DNA of 64,000 nucleotides from the human T2T-CHM13v2.0 reference genome, Homo sapiens: the NCBI RefSeq assembly GCF_009914755.1, contig NC_060928.1; one strand, 5' to 3'. Below the pieces are notes generated by a model, which saw nothing but the letters and a program-made list of their open reading frames with translations, ran no database searches and was not told the DNA's origin. The position numbers and the translations under genes were made by a program. Of the stretch, positions 1 through 22,311 are shown piece after piece (positions within the stretch are counted from its first letter, which is position 1; every line of letters starts with the position of its first letter).

Positions 1-1099
1 AAGAAGATGTTTTTGGACCATTTTCATAAGGGTGTTGCTCTTGCTGATATCTGATATTTCTAATATTTTTGCATGAGTTTACTGTTTCACACAATCTGTT
101 TTTAAAAACCTGTCCTTAAACCTTGGATCTAGAAATGTGGCAATAGGACAAGGCAATTTTCTTTCAAAATAACAAAGTTAGCTCTGACTTTTCATCTGCA
201 TCTCAGTTTTTACCGCATGAACACCCATCTCAGCACCTTCTCTGTAGTCAAATGTTAGAGGACAATGTACGGTATCATGTAAGAAATATTTGCACGTGCA
301 AGATATTTCAGATTAATAATTTCCTCAGTGAGCTCCAAAAGCAAACTACTTTCTGGTCAAACAAACCATTGGCTGTTAGTAAATCCTGTTGTGTTGATAT
401 TTTTGTCCATCAAATATAACATTAAACCTTTATTTTGTTCAAGTAGCCTTTTCAACATGTATAGTTACTATCCCATCCTATTGGAACACCTTGATAAGTC
501 CTTGACAAGATAGTTCAAAAATTTCTTGAAGGTCATAAAACTTGCTTTGGCTGAAGAAGAATGTCGACAGTGACCCACTCTCTCCTCCTTAGGGCTTAAT
601 AATCTTGTTATATTCTTCTGTGCTATAATTACTTTCTGAACACACAACTAAAGGATGTGAACAAAATACTGATTGTGGTACCTAAATTACACATAGCCTT
701 CACTATGTTTGTTCTATTGTCAATATCAGATATGTAACAATTTTTTTCTCTATTCGATAAACATTTCTTCAATCAGATTCACTCTGTTGTTCACCATAAG
801 GGACCCAACATCTCTCGGCAAACTAGTAAACAGGAACAGAGTTGAATTTATCATTAATCCACCAGGAAGTCATACCTTAAAAAAAAAGACATCTGGTTGT
901 CTCTGCATGCCCAAATTTTTTATGTATAATTTACAAAACTAGTATATTTAATGATGTGACTGCCTTTGTGTTCAAGGGAGATTAGAATTCAGGAAGAAAT
1001 TTTTAGTATGTGTTTTTTAAAAGGAACTTTTATCTAAGATTCATGTGCATACCTCAAAAATTCTTCATCTTTAACTATTGAAAATTGTAGACAAGCTTT
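1..1099 (-). pseudogene. Decayed hAT-Ac (ZBED1/ZBED4-like) transposase, catalytic core, fragment 3 of 3; runs off the window start
   Basis: Manual minus-strand translation with frameshifts gives, in hAT order: SIVKDEEF, SFVNYT*KIW, GMTSWWINDKF, DNRTNIVKAM, YFVHIL*L, VGHCRHSSSAKA, QGVPIGWDSNY-MLKRLLEQ (~493-435), ANISYMIP, IATFLDPRFK (144-115). Confidence 0.85.
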
Positions 1100-1349
1100 A
1101 ACAAATTTTGGGGGTGTTTTTTTTGCTTTTTTTAATTTTATTACTATTGTACTTTAAGTTTTAGGGTACATGTGCACAATGTGCCGGTTAGTTACATATG
1201 TATACATGTGCCATGCTGGTGTGCTGCACCCATTAACTGGTCATTTAGCATAGGCATATCTCCTAATGCTATCCCTCCCCCATCCCGCCACCCCACAACA
1301 GGCCCTGGAGTGTGCTGTTCCCTTTCCTGTGTCCATGTGTTCTCATTGT

Positions 1350-5169
<3,820 letters not shown>

Positions 5170-5232
5170 TATGATGTTAACTGGTTATTTTGCTCTTCAG
5201 TTGATGCAGTTTCTTCCTAGCCTTGATGGTCT

Positions 5233-6249
5233 TTACATTTTGGCATGTTTTTGCAGTGGCTGGTACTGGTTGTTCCTTTCCACGTTTAGTGCTTCCTTAA
5301 GGAGCTCTTTTAGGGCCAGCCTGTTTGTGATAAAAATCTCTCAGCATTTGCTTGTCTGTAAATGATTTTATTTCTCCTTCACTTATGAAGCTTAGTTTGG
5401 CTGGATATGAAATTCTGGGTTGAAAATTCTTTTCTTTAAGAATGTTGAATATTGGCCCCCATTCTCTTCTGGCTTGTAGAGTTTCTGCCGAGAGAGCCAC
5501 TGTTAGTCTGATGGGCTTCCCTTTGTGGGTAACTCGATCTTTCTTTCTGGCTGCCCTTAACATTTTTTCCGTCATTTCAACTTTGGTGAATCTGACAATT
5601 ATGTGTCTTGGAGTTGCTCTTCTCGAGGAGTATCTTTGTGGCGTTCTCTGTATTTCCTGAATCTGAATGTTGCCCTGCCTTCCTAGATTGGGGAAGTTCT
5701 CCTGGATAATATCCTGCAGAGTGTTTTCCAACTTGGTTCCATTCTCCCCGTCACTTTCAGGTACACCAATCAGACGTAGATTTGGTCTTTTCACATAGTC
5801 CCATATTTCTTGGAGGCTTTGCTCATTTCTTTTTATTCTTTTTTCTCTAAACTTCCCTTCTTGCTTCATTTCATTCATTTTGTCTTCCATCACTGATACC
5901 CTTTCTTCCAGTTGATCGCATTGGCTCTTGAGGCTTCTGCATTCTTCACGTAGTTCTCGAGCCTTGGCTTTCAACTCCATCAGCTCCTTTAAGGACTTCT
6001 CTGCATTGGTTATTCTAGGTATCCATTCGTCTAATATTTTTTCAAAGTTTTTAACTTCTTTGCCATTGGTTTGAATTTCCTCCTGTAGCTTGGAGGAGTT
6101 TGATCGTCTGAAGCCTTCTTCTCTCAACTCGTCAAAGTCATTCTCTGTCAAACTTTGTCCCATTGCTGGTGAGGAGCTGCATTCCTTTGGAGGAGGAGAG
6201 GTGCTCTGCTTTTTAGAGTTTCCAGTTTTTCTGCTCTTTTTTTCCCCAT
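5233..6249 (-). pseudogene. L1 ORF1, frameshifted
   Basis: The 288-aa ORF 5297-6163 has EIWDYVKRPNLRLIGVPE and ARREWGPIFNILKEKNFQPRISYPAKLSF; both ends are out of frame. Confidence 0.9.
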
Positions 6250-7295
6250 CTTTGTGATTTTATCTACTTTTGGTCTTTGATGATGGTGACGTACAGATGG
6301 TTTTTGGTGTGGATGTCCTTTCTGTTTGTTAGTTTTCCTTCTAACAGACAGGACCCTCAGCTGCAGGTCTGTTGGAGTTTGCTAGACGTCCACTCCAGAC
6401 CCTGTTTGCCTGGGTATCAGCAGTGGTGGCTGCAGAACAGCGATGGCTGTAGAACAGCAGATATTGGTGATTCGCAAATGCTGCTGCCTGATCGTTCCTC
6501 TGGAAGTTTTGTCTCAGAGGAGTACCCGGCTGTGTGAGGTGTCAGTCTGCCCCTACTGGGGGGTGCCTCCCAGTTAGGCTTCTCAGGGGTCAGGGACCCA
6601 CTTGAGGAGGCAGTCTGCCTGTTCTCAGATCTCTAGCTGCGTGCTGGGAGAACCACTACTCTCTTCAAAGCTGTCAGACAGGGACACTTAAGTCTGCAGA
6701 GGTTACTGCTGTCTTTTTGTTTGTCTGTGCTCTGCCCCCAGAGGTGGAGCCTACAGAGGCAGGAAGGTGTTCTTGTGCTGTGGTGGGCTCCACCCAGTTC
6801 GAGCTTCCCGGCTGCTTTGTTTACCTAATCAAGCCTGGGCAATGGCGGGCTCCCCTCCTCCAGCCTCGCTGCCACCTTGCAGTTTGATCTCAGACTGCTG
6901 TGCTAGCAATCAGTGAGACTCCATGGGTGTAGGACCCTCCAAGCCATGTGCAGGATATAATCTCCTGCTGTGCTGTTTTTTCAGCCTGTTGGAAAAGCGC
7001 TGTATTAGGGTGGGAGTGACCCAATTTTCCAGGTGTCATCTGTCACCCCTTTCTTTGACTAGGAAAGGGAACTCCCTGACCCCTTGCACTTCCTGAGTGA
7101 GGCAATGCCTCGCCCTGCTTTGGCTCATGCCTGGTGCACTGCACCCACTGTCCTGCACCCACTGTCTGGCACTCCCTAATGAGATGAACCTGGTACCTCA
7201 GATGGAAATGCAGAAATCACCTGTCTTCTATGTCACTCACAATGGGAGCTGTAGACCGGAGCTGTTCCTATTCGGCCATCTTGGCTCCACCCCCC

Positions 7296-7495
7296 AACAA
7301 ATGTTTTAACAATTATTTTATTTTAATGTTTAATCTTCATAGACTCATAAAGATTCATCTTCTGAAAAGATTCTAACAGAGTACATATTTTTAGATTGGT
7401 TATGTGACAAAAATGTGTTTCAAGTCTCTCCATTTTCTGCAATACTTTATTTTCTTCATATTCTTTATTATGTCTTTATTGCAAACTATTTTTAT
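7296..7495 (-). pseudogene. Decayed hAT-Ac transposase, fragment 2 of 3 (end of BED finger and linker)
   Basis: Minus strand reads KNSLQ*RHNKEYEE...ESFQKMNLYESMKIKH*NKIIVKTFV and continues in frame as KACLQF at 1099 once the L1 and one TSD copy are removed. Confidence 0.7.
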
Positions 7496-7499
7496 CTAA

Positions 7500-7865
7500 A
7501 AATATAAACAATCAAACTCATAGACACAGAGAGTATAAGGATGGTTACCAGAGGCTGGGAAGGGTAGTAGTGGGTTGGGGTGGAAGAATGGTTAATGAAT
7601 CCAAAAAAATATAGTTAGAAAGAATGAACAAGGCCTACTATTCTATAGCACAATAGAGTGACTATAGTCAATAATAACTTAACTGTACATTTTAAAATAA
7701 CTAGAAGAATGCAAATGGGTTGTTTGTAAAATAAAGGATAAATGCTTGAGGGGGTGGATACCCCATTCTCTATGATGTGATTATTACACATTGCATCCTA
7801 TATCAAAATGTCTCCTGTACCTCATAAATATATACACATATTATGTACCCACAATAGTTAAAAAT
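7500..7865 (+). mobile_element. Old L1 3' end, L1MA2/3-like
   Basis: Typical 3'UTR motifs (ggatggttaccagaggctgggaagggtagt; gactatagtcaataataactt; ttatgtacccacaa). Probable TSD aaa(c/t)tattttt(t)at at ~7483-7495 / ~13765-13778. Confidence 0.8.
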
Positions 7866-7875
7866 GAATGTTTTT

Positions 7876-13630
<5,755 letters not shown>

Positions 13631-13764
13631 GCATAGGTAAAATACATATTGTGGAAGGCAAAATCATGTTTAGATGTGTAAAAGCCTATTGTAGGAGAAT
13701 AATACAGTACAGGGTAGCAAAGAATTAAAGTGCATAAAAATGCATAAAATAAAATTTTTTTAAA

Positions 13765-13897
13765 AAATTATTTTTTATAAATATTGACGAGTATGATTGA
13801 GTCCTTTATCACTGTGAAATTTTGAGTTGCTAAAGTTAACATTCTGCTTTTAATCTATCCTCACAAGATGTGAAGAAATCACAAATAAAACACTCAT
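13765..13897 (-). pseudogene. Decayed hAT-Ac transposase, fragment 1 of 3 (N-terminal BED zinc finger)
   Basis: Minus strand: candidate ATG at 13897 (out of frame), then FICDFFTSCEDRLKAEC*L*QLKIS...IFIKNN. This fits the BED pattern W-x-F-F...A-x-C-x2-C...H-L with decay and joins fragment 2 across the L1MA TSD. Confidence 0.6.
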
Positions 13898-13978
13898 GGA
13901 CTTAAGTAATTTAATAGAATTAAGTAACTTAAATACAACTTTTAAAAATTATTTTGTGTAATGGCATGAATACTAGTA

Positions 13979-14340
13979 CAGATGCTGCTGCAGTTATGAT
14001 GTGGTTATGTTTTGATAAACTTGTTGTAACTTGAAAATATTGTTAAGTCAAAGGTGTATTGAATACAACTAACTTAGCAAACATCATAGCCTAGATTATG
14101 CTACCATTAATGTGCTCAGAACACTTACATTAGCCTACGGTTGGGCAAAATCATCTAACACAAGTCTATTTTATAATAATGTGTTTAATATCACACATAA
14201 TTTATTGAATACTGTACTGAAAGTGAAAAACGGAATGGTTGTGTGGGTACTTGAAGTATGATTTTCACTGAATACACATCACTTTAGCATGATCATAAAG
14301 CTGAAAAATCTTCAAGCAGTCATAAATTGAGAACCATCTG
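13979..14340. mobile_element. MER47A-like non-autonomous Tigger (TcMar) DNA transposon
   Basis: Terminal CAGATG...CATCTG, TA on both sides, and internal tgctcagaacacttacattagcctac.gttgggcaaaatcatctaacac. Confidence 0.88.
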
Positions 14341-14454
14341 TATACAATCTACAAATATTAGAATAATGATATAACCTAAACATCCTCCCTGTGCCCTCAT
14401 TCTCTCCCCGTGCCCTTAGTGTTACTAATACTCATGACATATAATTTCCTAAAG

Positions 14455-15720
14455 ATACTGATACCAGTTCCTTCCTTGTTTCTGACAAGAAATTTGTTGC
14501 TACTCTTATCTTTTGTTCATCTGTATTTAACATATCTTTTGTTCTTTGGTTGCTTTTAAGACTTTGTCTTCATCATTGGTTTTGAGCAACTTTATTATTA
14601 TGTGCCTTGTAGCTTTCTCCATGTTTCTTGTGGTCAAATTTTATTTCTAGTATATTATATAGTATTTATTTATTATACATCTAATAAAAATTTAGAAAAA
14701 ATCAGCAATTAAAAAAATATTCTCCCCACTCCAATACCTTCTCTCCTTTGGAGGTTCAATTACATGTATATTAGTTACTTAAAGTTCTCCCACAGCTCAC
14801 TGATACTGTTTTCATTTATAATTTTAAAAAAAAGTTTTCTCTCGGGTGGCGTTTTAGATAATTTTTATCACTGTATCTTCAAGTTTACTTATCTTTTGTT
14901 CTCATGTATAATCTGCCACTACTACCATACTTTTTTATCTTAATTATTATAGTTTTCATCTCTGGAAGTTCAATATAGTTGCTTTTTAATATCTTGCATT
15001 TCTCCCCTTAACTCTTTAAACATATGGAATATAGTTATAATAATTGTCTAAATGTACTTGTCTTCTCATTCTAACAACTGTATCAGCTCCAGATTGGTTT
15101 TGATTATTTTCTGCATTATCGGTCATGTTTTTTTGTTTGTTTGTTTTCACAAGCCTGGTAATCTTTGTTTTAATGATAGACATTGTGATTTTACTTGCTA
15201 GATGCAAGTATTTTTATATTTCTATAAATATTCATGAGCTATGTTTTGGGATACAATGTAGTTACCTGGAAACAGTTTGATTAGGTCTTGCTTGTATGAT
15301 TTGCTAGGCCGGCCTCAAATGGCACTCCCGTCTGGGCCAAATTATTCCTCACTACTGAAGAACAATCTTCTTGAGTATTCACCCCAATGCTTCATAAATT
15401 ACGGATTTTTTAATTCTGGGTTTTGGGAATAAGCAATATTCTTGAACATGTGTGCATGCCAGGCAATATTTTCTAATCATTTTGGATTGTTATTTTCTTG
15501 CTCTTGAGTAGTTTCCTCACACACAAAAAACATTGATCAGTAATCTGCTGATTACTCAAAGAGAAGCTTTGCAAATCTCCAGGGTTCTACCTCTGTGCAG
15601 CCATCTTTTCTTTTTCACTTTGTCTTACAAATGCTAACCACCTTGGTCTCCCCAGACTCTCTGTTTCCTTGACTTAGGGAGTCTGCCAAACTCTGGCTAG
15701 GTTCCCCTCTGCTGCATTTC
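14455..15720 (-). mobile_element. Ancient L1M (L1MD/M4-like) 5'/ORF1 region
   Basis: T-rich degraded antisense ORF1-type sequence (ttttgagcaactttattattatgtgcctt; aagttctcccacagctcactgat). Confidence 0.65.
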
Positions 15721-15785
15721 TAATATTTATCTTTACTAATTTTTTCTTAATCCACACTGAGGTTTTGGATCAGAGACAGACATCT

Positions 15786-16306
15786 TGTGACACTCACAGC
15801 ATGATCAATACTCAGATTAACATTGCAGCATTGTTCCTCCATGTCTACATTGACACAATGAGAGCCAGATATGAAAAATTTTCTTGAATGAGTGACAGAT
15901 CACCCCATAAGTGAGAGACACAAAAATAAATTTTCTTTGTTTTATTCAAGAAAAAGAAGCAGATGTCTCCTTTTCCACTTCTGAAAGTGTCCTTGGAAAT
16001 ATCTTACTCTAACCTTTTGGAATGTAAATAACTCTCCAGAGAAAAGATAATCCCAGTGTCTCCAGTTTTACAACTCAGAGACGTCTCCAAGTCCCAGGCT
16101 TCATCCTCTCTTGAAATGTACACACAAATCTTTGTGGTTAGTTAAATCTCTCTGGAGTTCTCACTATCTATACAGTTGTAAATTAACTTCTAAAACTTGC
16201 TCTCAGGTCAGATTCCAAGTGTCAGTAAAATTTGTTCAGAAAGCCCTAACTGTACTGAAACATAAAAATATTTTCTCCTCAATCTGACATCTTCCTAGTG
16301 TTACAA
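15786..16306 (+). mobile_element. Possible old ERV1-type solo LTR (MER89/MER90-like)
   Basis: TG...CA ends and repeated gaa(a)tgta motifs; weak recollection only. Confidence 0.3.
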
Positions 16307-16504
16307 CCTGGAAACATTCTCAAAGAGTGAACTGGAACTTAAGTTGTGACCTACACACAACTTCAAATCAAGTTATGAGTTATTCAAGATGTGACTCGCC
16401 TTGCTTTCTATCTCTCAGGCAGATAGAAAGACACCAAATCATTGATGGCATCACTGAGCAGCAGAAACTCTCAGTTCTCTGTTATGTGCAATACTAAAGT
16501 TTCT

Positions 16505-16704
16505 GGCTGGGCACAGTGGCTCACACCTGTAATAAAATAAATTAGCTGGGTGTGGTGGCATGCACCTGTAGTCCTAGCTACTCAGAAGTTGTGACCAGAG
16601 GATCGCTTGAGCCCAGGGGTTTGAGGTTACAGTGAGCTATGATCATGCCACTGCAAACTAGTGGCTGACAGAGTGAGATCCTGTCTCTAAAATAATAATA
16701 ATAA
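16505..16704 (+). mobile_element. AluJ-like SINE with most of the left arm deleted
   Basis: ggctgggcacagtggctcacacctgtaat is joined directly to the mid A-rich linker, followed by a J-type right arm. TSD taaagtttct at 16495-16504 / 16705-16714. Confidence 0.88.
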
Positions 16705-16834
16705 TAAAGTTTCTAATTGTTTAAGACAATCTGAGTTGGGGTTTTAGCCAAAGCATCCCAACTGATGTACTGCCTTTGCCCCAAGCTCCTATATCACTTG
16801 TACATGCTTCCTTTTCAGCTGTGGTTGGCTGCAT

Positions 16835-16950
16835 AACTGTCTTCCCTCTAGACTCCAAACCTCTTGAGAGCCAAGAGGACATAAGTGCATCTTCTCTCTC
16901 TAAACTTAGGGCCTGATACAGAGTAGGCATGGCATGTGTGTTGAATGAGT
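16835..16950 (+). mobile_element. L2 3' end fragment
   Basis: ctgtcttccctctagact...agggcctgatacagagtagg...gttgaatgagtga. Confidence 0.6.
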
Positions 16951-16994
16951 GATTGTTCATCTCCTCAGAAGGTTGTGAAATATCTATTGTTACT

Positions 16995-17200
16995 ATTAAT
17001 AATAGCTTTTATCAAAAAAATCCATATGCCAACCACGTGCAGCATCTTATGTAATCTTCCCAATAATCCAATGAAATAGATACTACTCCAGTATTAAATT
17101 CATTTTTCAGTAGGAAAATTGAAGCTTTGGAAAGTTTAGTAACTTGCCCAACCTTACACAGCTAGGAAATGATAGAAATAGACTAGGACCCAAATATCTC
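16995..17200 (-). mobile_element. MIR
   Basis: Core cattttt.cagtaggaaaattgaagct...agtaacttgcccaa...acacagctag. Confidence 0.7.
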
Positions 17201-20016
17201 AACCACCAGATTTTTTTTTTTTTTTTTGAGAAGATGACCTTATTTTACTATTTCATAGCTCCCCTACAAAAGTCTAGCACTAGATCTTGGTACATGTGTA
17301 TAGTAAAGGTAAATTGAATTGAGTTGAATTGAATTGAATTATAGAGAACTGGAGAGAAGGGTAGCTGCTAACATTCAAATACTTGCCAAAAATCTTGCCA
17401 CAGTTCAACTGTAATTTCTTCATAAAGAAATAAATTGATATTTCAGAAACATAACCCATTAGGGATTCTCAGTACCCTGCTAATGAGATCAGCTCACTAA
17501 ATTCCAAAAATCTTCAAATAATTCATAGCATGCTCAAGCAGTACATTTATTCCCTTTTCTACCTTGTCACTGAACTCATAAGTATTTCATCAACTATCAT
17601 AAAATTCCAGATTCATTTTCTATTTCAAAGCCAAGCAAGATGTCTGGGCACCCAATAAATATTAATTAGTGAAGATGATGAAGGTTAACTTGATCTGTTT
17701 CTTTCCCCTAATTGCTTTGGAAGACCCTTGGCATCATTTAGCATTGGATTGAAAGCTTTGAAAGATAACATTTCAAATCTATACATTGTTTAATTAACAT
17801 TAATAGGTATTGCTTCTTTTTTGTTCAAAAGGTTTTGCAGTCATTAATTACATATGCAGAGTGATGGGAACAGATAAAATTTACTCTGAGAATCTTGATG
17901 CACTAAACTGTTTCTGTACTGCTGAAATCAGGAAATGCCATAAGAGCACTCTTTTTTGGGGTCATTCTCCTTTCCTCTCTGTTTTTCAATTTGGATAGTA
18001 AAGCAAGGTTGACAAATCAATTTGCAATGCCAAAGTTAGATATTCTTTTAAAGCTACAAAATAACAACAACAACAATATGAAACCCTACCCAGTAGTGTC
18101 TGGTTTCTCATTCTCCACACATTCACACACATACCTAAAGGAAAGAACCCTGGGAAAGTGTTAAATGAACTTATGTATAAATAATGCACACATGTATTTT
18201 TAAGTGCACTGTGCTATTTGAAGTTAAACGTCCTCTGGGGTTTGTTAACTTTCCCAAACTGTCCCCTTGACCATGTTTGTCTGATCCTTTCCCATCTCTA
18301 ATAGGAAATGTGAGTATCTGTGATCAAGAGTCAGCCCACCACTTGGACACACACCACCCCCAATATGATCTTTAGGACTTTATGTAGCCAGATTCTCCAG
18401 TGTGTGGAAATGACACCTCAGGAACGTGTTTAAAGTTGTCTTAACCTTTTCATTTCACCAGGGTAAAGGTGTTCAAATACAACTACCAAACAGCCATTCT
18501 CTCTAGTTTAGCTCTCTCACTCGCACTATCCAAATGTTAAGACAATAATTTCAACAAATCCTTATCCTAGCACTGAAATTCTAGCTCTATTAGTGTTTTT
18601 AAAGTCTCAGGTCCAGTTTCCTTAAAAGTCAGTTATAGTAAGGTTTTGCAGAAGAGGTTTCTAGTTTCTGCTCCCATTGGGTTTCTTCACAAGGAAAAGT
18701 TTCCCCCCTTGCTGCTGCCTCTTTCTTCCCTTGTCTGACCTCCTTTTGTACCATGCACCAGCCCTTCCTCTACAAATACCTTGTCTTCTAAGGCATTATG
18801 AACCATAGCTTTGTTATCTCATGATCACATAAACAGGATAAAAACAGAGGGCAGAAGATTTAGAACAACTGAAGCAGCCACTGGCATTTCCCTATTAATT
18901 CAGAAAGGGAGTGCACTCTGGCACCAGGTCAAGTCTTGTCCTGAGCTGTGAGGAGAGGAGAGACGGAAAGTCCAGGGAAAGAGCGTCTTTTAATTCAGAA
19001 AGGAGGCCTTGCTGGAATTTTCCAAGGATGGGGGTCTATAGTTTTGTTTTCATTAGATTATTTGATTGACAGAAGCAAATCACAAATTCCAAAGTGATTC
19101 AAATAAGGAAAATGTATCAGATTAGCACTAGAAGTCTGTATTGAACTTGGGCAGATAAACTTTTGATCTTAAATAGAGAGAACTAATTCCTTTGATATGC
19201 AAAATAGCTCAAAACTATCTCTGTTTTTCTCTCTGGGTAACAGTTTGCAGACATTAGGACTACTTTAGATGATGAAGAACATCCCTTCATATTGAAAAAA
19301 AAACGATAAAAAATAAGTTTAAAAGCCTGAGTTCTAATTTAAACCACCTTGAATCTGGTGACATGGGCAGGGAGTAATCAAATAGCCTTTCTGAGACAGC
19401 TTCTCACTTACAAAATGAAGTTAAGGATACCTCTATTCACAAGCTGGTGTGCATAGCCCTTTGCAAACTCTAAAAGGTTATGTAAATATAAGGAACCATT
19501 AATATGATGATCCAGGCACATTTCCAAAACACTATAGTCACCATTGAAACTGGGACCTATGGATTGGTAAGCCCCAGTAAAAAACTCCTAAAGAAGATAT
19601 TTTCTGCTCTAAGGCATGTGTATTGCTACCCTGAAAAGATGATCAGTACGAGGACTCAAGTGAGGACTGAGACTACTCTCAATCATTGCTTTGGAAAGTA
19701 TAAGCCCTGGAAGGGTTCACTGCCTGAATCTCCTAAGCAAAAGAATAATTTTGACTGGAAATACAATGAGAATAGATTGCTTGCACGTATACAATAATTA
19801 CAATAGTATTTTGTCGCCACACTATCCTTCCTCCCACCCTCAAATTGCCATCCAGTTTTATTCTTTTTTTATTTAGTTCCTGCCATCCCATACTCTCAGG
19901 ATCTCACCTACCCCAAGTGATTCATCAGATATTTTTCTAAGCAAAGATAGTTCTCTTTCTATGAGAAGTTTCAGTGCAAGCCCTTAAGACAAGGACATTC
20001 TCACCTTGTCTCACCT

Positions 20017-20139
20017 TGGCTCATTCCTACCGCAAGGCCCTCAAAAGCCTTGCTATTCCTTCTGCCAGAAAGCACTTCTCATTGCTTGCTCCTTTCCAGA
20101 GCCAGTGTCTCCATCTTTTCTGACCCTTACTGGACTCCT
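20017..20139. repeat. 123-bp perfect inverted repeat, arm 1 (copy of 22312-22434)
   Basis: Base-by-base reverse complement with no mismatch. The same peptide, LLFLLPESTSHCLLLSRASVSIFSDPYWTP, appears in ORFs on opposite strands. Confidence 0.97.
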
Positions 20140-20384
20140 CACACAATGGACATGAACCAGTCAGAAGGGATGTTGGCCAGTGCTCATGGGCATGCTGGCT
20201 GCATGCCACCCTACATAATACTGCATTATAAGAATGGTGGCCAAGGTCTCTAAAGATCTCTAAAGGATACTGTGGGAGTGCAAAACAAAAGGTTCAGCTA
20301 ACACTTAGCTCAAGCTGATACATGATAGAATCCTAGCCCCTAGGAGGAGGGGTTTAGACCCAAAAGGTGAATGATTTTAAAAAC

Positions 20385-20590
20385 AATGACAAAATGGTCA
20401 TATTTAGCACATACCACATGCCAGATTTGTGTTAAGAATATTTCCAAAGTTACTTTAGTTAATCTTCACACTACCCCATTTTGACTAATGAGGAAACTGG
20501 AATTTAAAGAGGACAAATGAATTACCCAAGATCACACAGGGTTCGAATAGAGTTTGAACAGTAACAATCCGATTCCAGAGCCTCTGCTCA
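20385..20590 (-). mobile_element. MIR
   Basis: ccccattttgactaatgaggaaactgg...aattacccaagatcacacag...gattccagagcc. Confidence 0.7.
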
Positions 20591-21637
20591 TACCTGCAAT
20601 TTGAGGTGTAGATTCTTCTGAAAAAGGAAGCTGCCAGAGTTAAGGATACAGAGTGGCTGAGAGCTGTTTGGCGGAAATGTAGTTTTCTTGCTACAAGGGT
20701 GAACTGGGATTATTTTAGATAGAGATCACTGAAGACCTTAGTCAAAAAGTCAAATCCAGGTCAATGTAAGTAAGGTAAATACCACATAAGACAAAGCTAA
20801 TAGTCTCTTTTCTTAAGAGCCCATATAGAATGAAGAACAGGCAGAAAGAGCTATCAGGTAAATATTCCTCCAGGTGCCTGCAGAAGTGAGTAATGAGCAC
20901 AAAGGAGTCTCGTTACCACTCTGAAGAGCCCAGCTGGAAAGGCTAGAATAAAACCATCTTCTAGAAACTGCTTCTGGATCACAGAAATGTTCCCCTTGTC
21001 AGTTTTTTATCACCACAATCAGTTAATGGAAATAGCCCTTTCAAATCTAATAGTTGATCTGTTTTGGGAAATTAGGATCACAAAATTAAATGAATGAATG
21101 AATAAGCAGTTGATCTGCTCCTGCTGCCTGATTTACACTGAAAATCATATAATTCTCTCCTAGGATCCTTTACAGCCTAAGGTGAGGAAATAGCCATGAT
21201 GGCAGCCCAGGAGAACTGTGGCTTCACTTGGAGTTGACACAGCAGAAAAGAAAAAAAGAATGTTCCCAGAAGAATTTATAAGAAAAACACATCTTATACT
21301 CAAGTCTCAAAGTAATAGAGAAGAGGAGAAATGTCACCAGCAGAATTGACTTTTCATGATGTCCTTCCAAGAGTCTTATGTTCTCAGACCACAGGAAATT
21401 CATATCTGCAGATCTAACAGTAACATGAAAGAGAAGAACAACAGCCTCACTCACTCTCTCCTGCAAAAGTGCAAAGATTTCTGTTTGACACATAATAAAC
21501 AGTAAATCCCAAATGTTGAGGTTGAGGGTGTCACTGGGGGAAAACTACTGCTCTAAAAATTAATAATAATAATAATAGTAATATTGGCCATTTTTCATTA
21601 ACCATGGCCTGAGTCTCAGCCTTAAGTATTCAGAAAC

Positions 21638-21870
21638 TCATTTATTCATTCATTCATTCAACATGTATTGAGAGCTGACTGTGTACCAGACACTGTCTGA
21701 GGTGCTAAGGAAATAAAAATAGGCAGGTGAGTTAACAATCTCTGCTACCATGGAGTTTATATTCTAGTGGGATAGAAAGCCAGCAATAGTTGAACAAAGA
21801 AATGAGGAAATGAGCAGTTTCTAGTAGCAATAAGTGCTGTGAAAAACATAAAATAAGAAAAGAAAGCAAA
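21638..21870 (-). mobile_element. L2a-like 3' end
   Basis: (ttca)n tail, then tattgagagc...tgtgtaccagacactgt...catggagtttatattctagtgg. Confidence 0.75.
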
Positions 21871-22311
21871 ACTGGCTTCTTGCTCTAGACTTCCAAAAGC
21901 CATTAGACCTAAGCACATGCATCATGCACCACAGTCAGAGAAAGAATGCTGCATTCTGAGATAAAGCACAAAATTGTGAAACATCCTAACTCTAGTCCCC
22001 AAGAAAATAAATTTTAAATTTTTCCTTAAAGAAAACAACTGTGACTCTGACTTTTGCAACACTGACATATGCAGACAGGTAATGACCCTTGCAGATAAGA
22101 CAATAATGTGAAGAAATCTGTTTTTCAGATAAGAATAATGAATGTGCTAATTGTAACTTTGTAAATTTTTTCCTTTTAAATAGCAACTATAACTATAAGG
22201 CTGGATATTCTTTCCAAGATTGGACGTAAAAATATTTTTCTTAAAGCTCAGATTCATCTCTGAGTTTTCCTTTGACAACAGTATCATGACAGACAGTAAC
22301 TGCAAGCGAGA

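Noticed and set aside
328-942. Plus-strand ORFs 328-513 and 709-942 as genes
   Set aside because: No recognisable protein; the real signal is the decayed transposase on the opposite strand.
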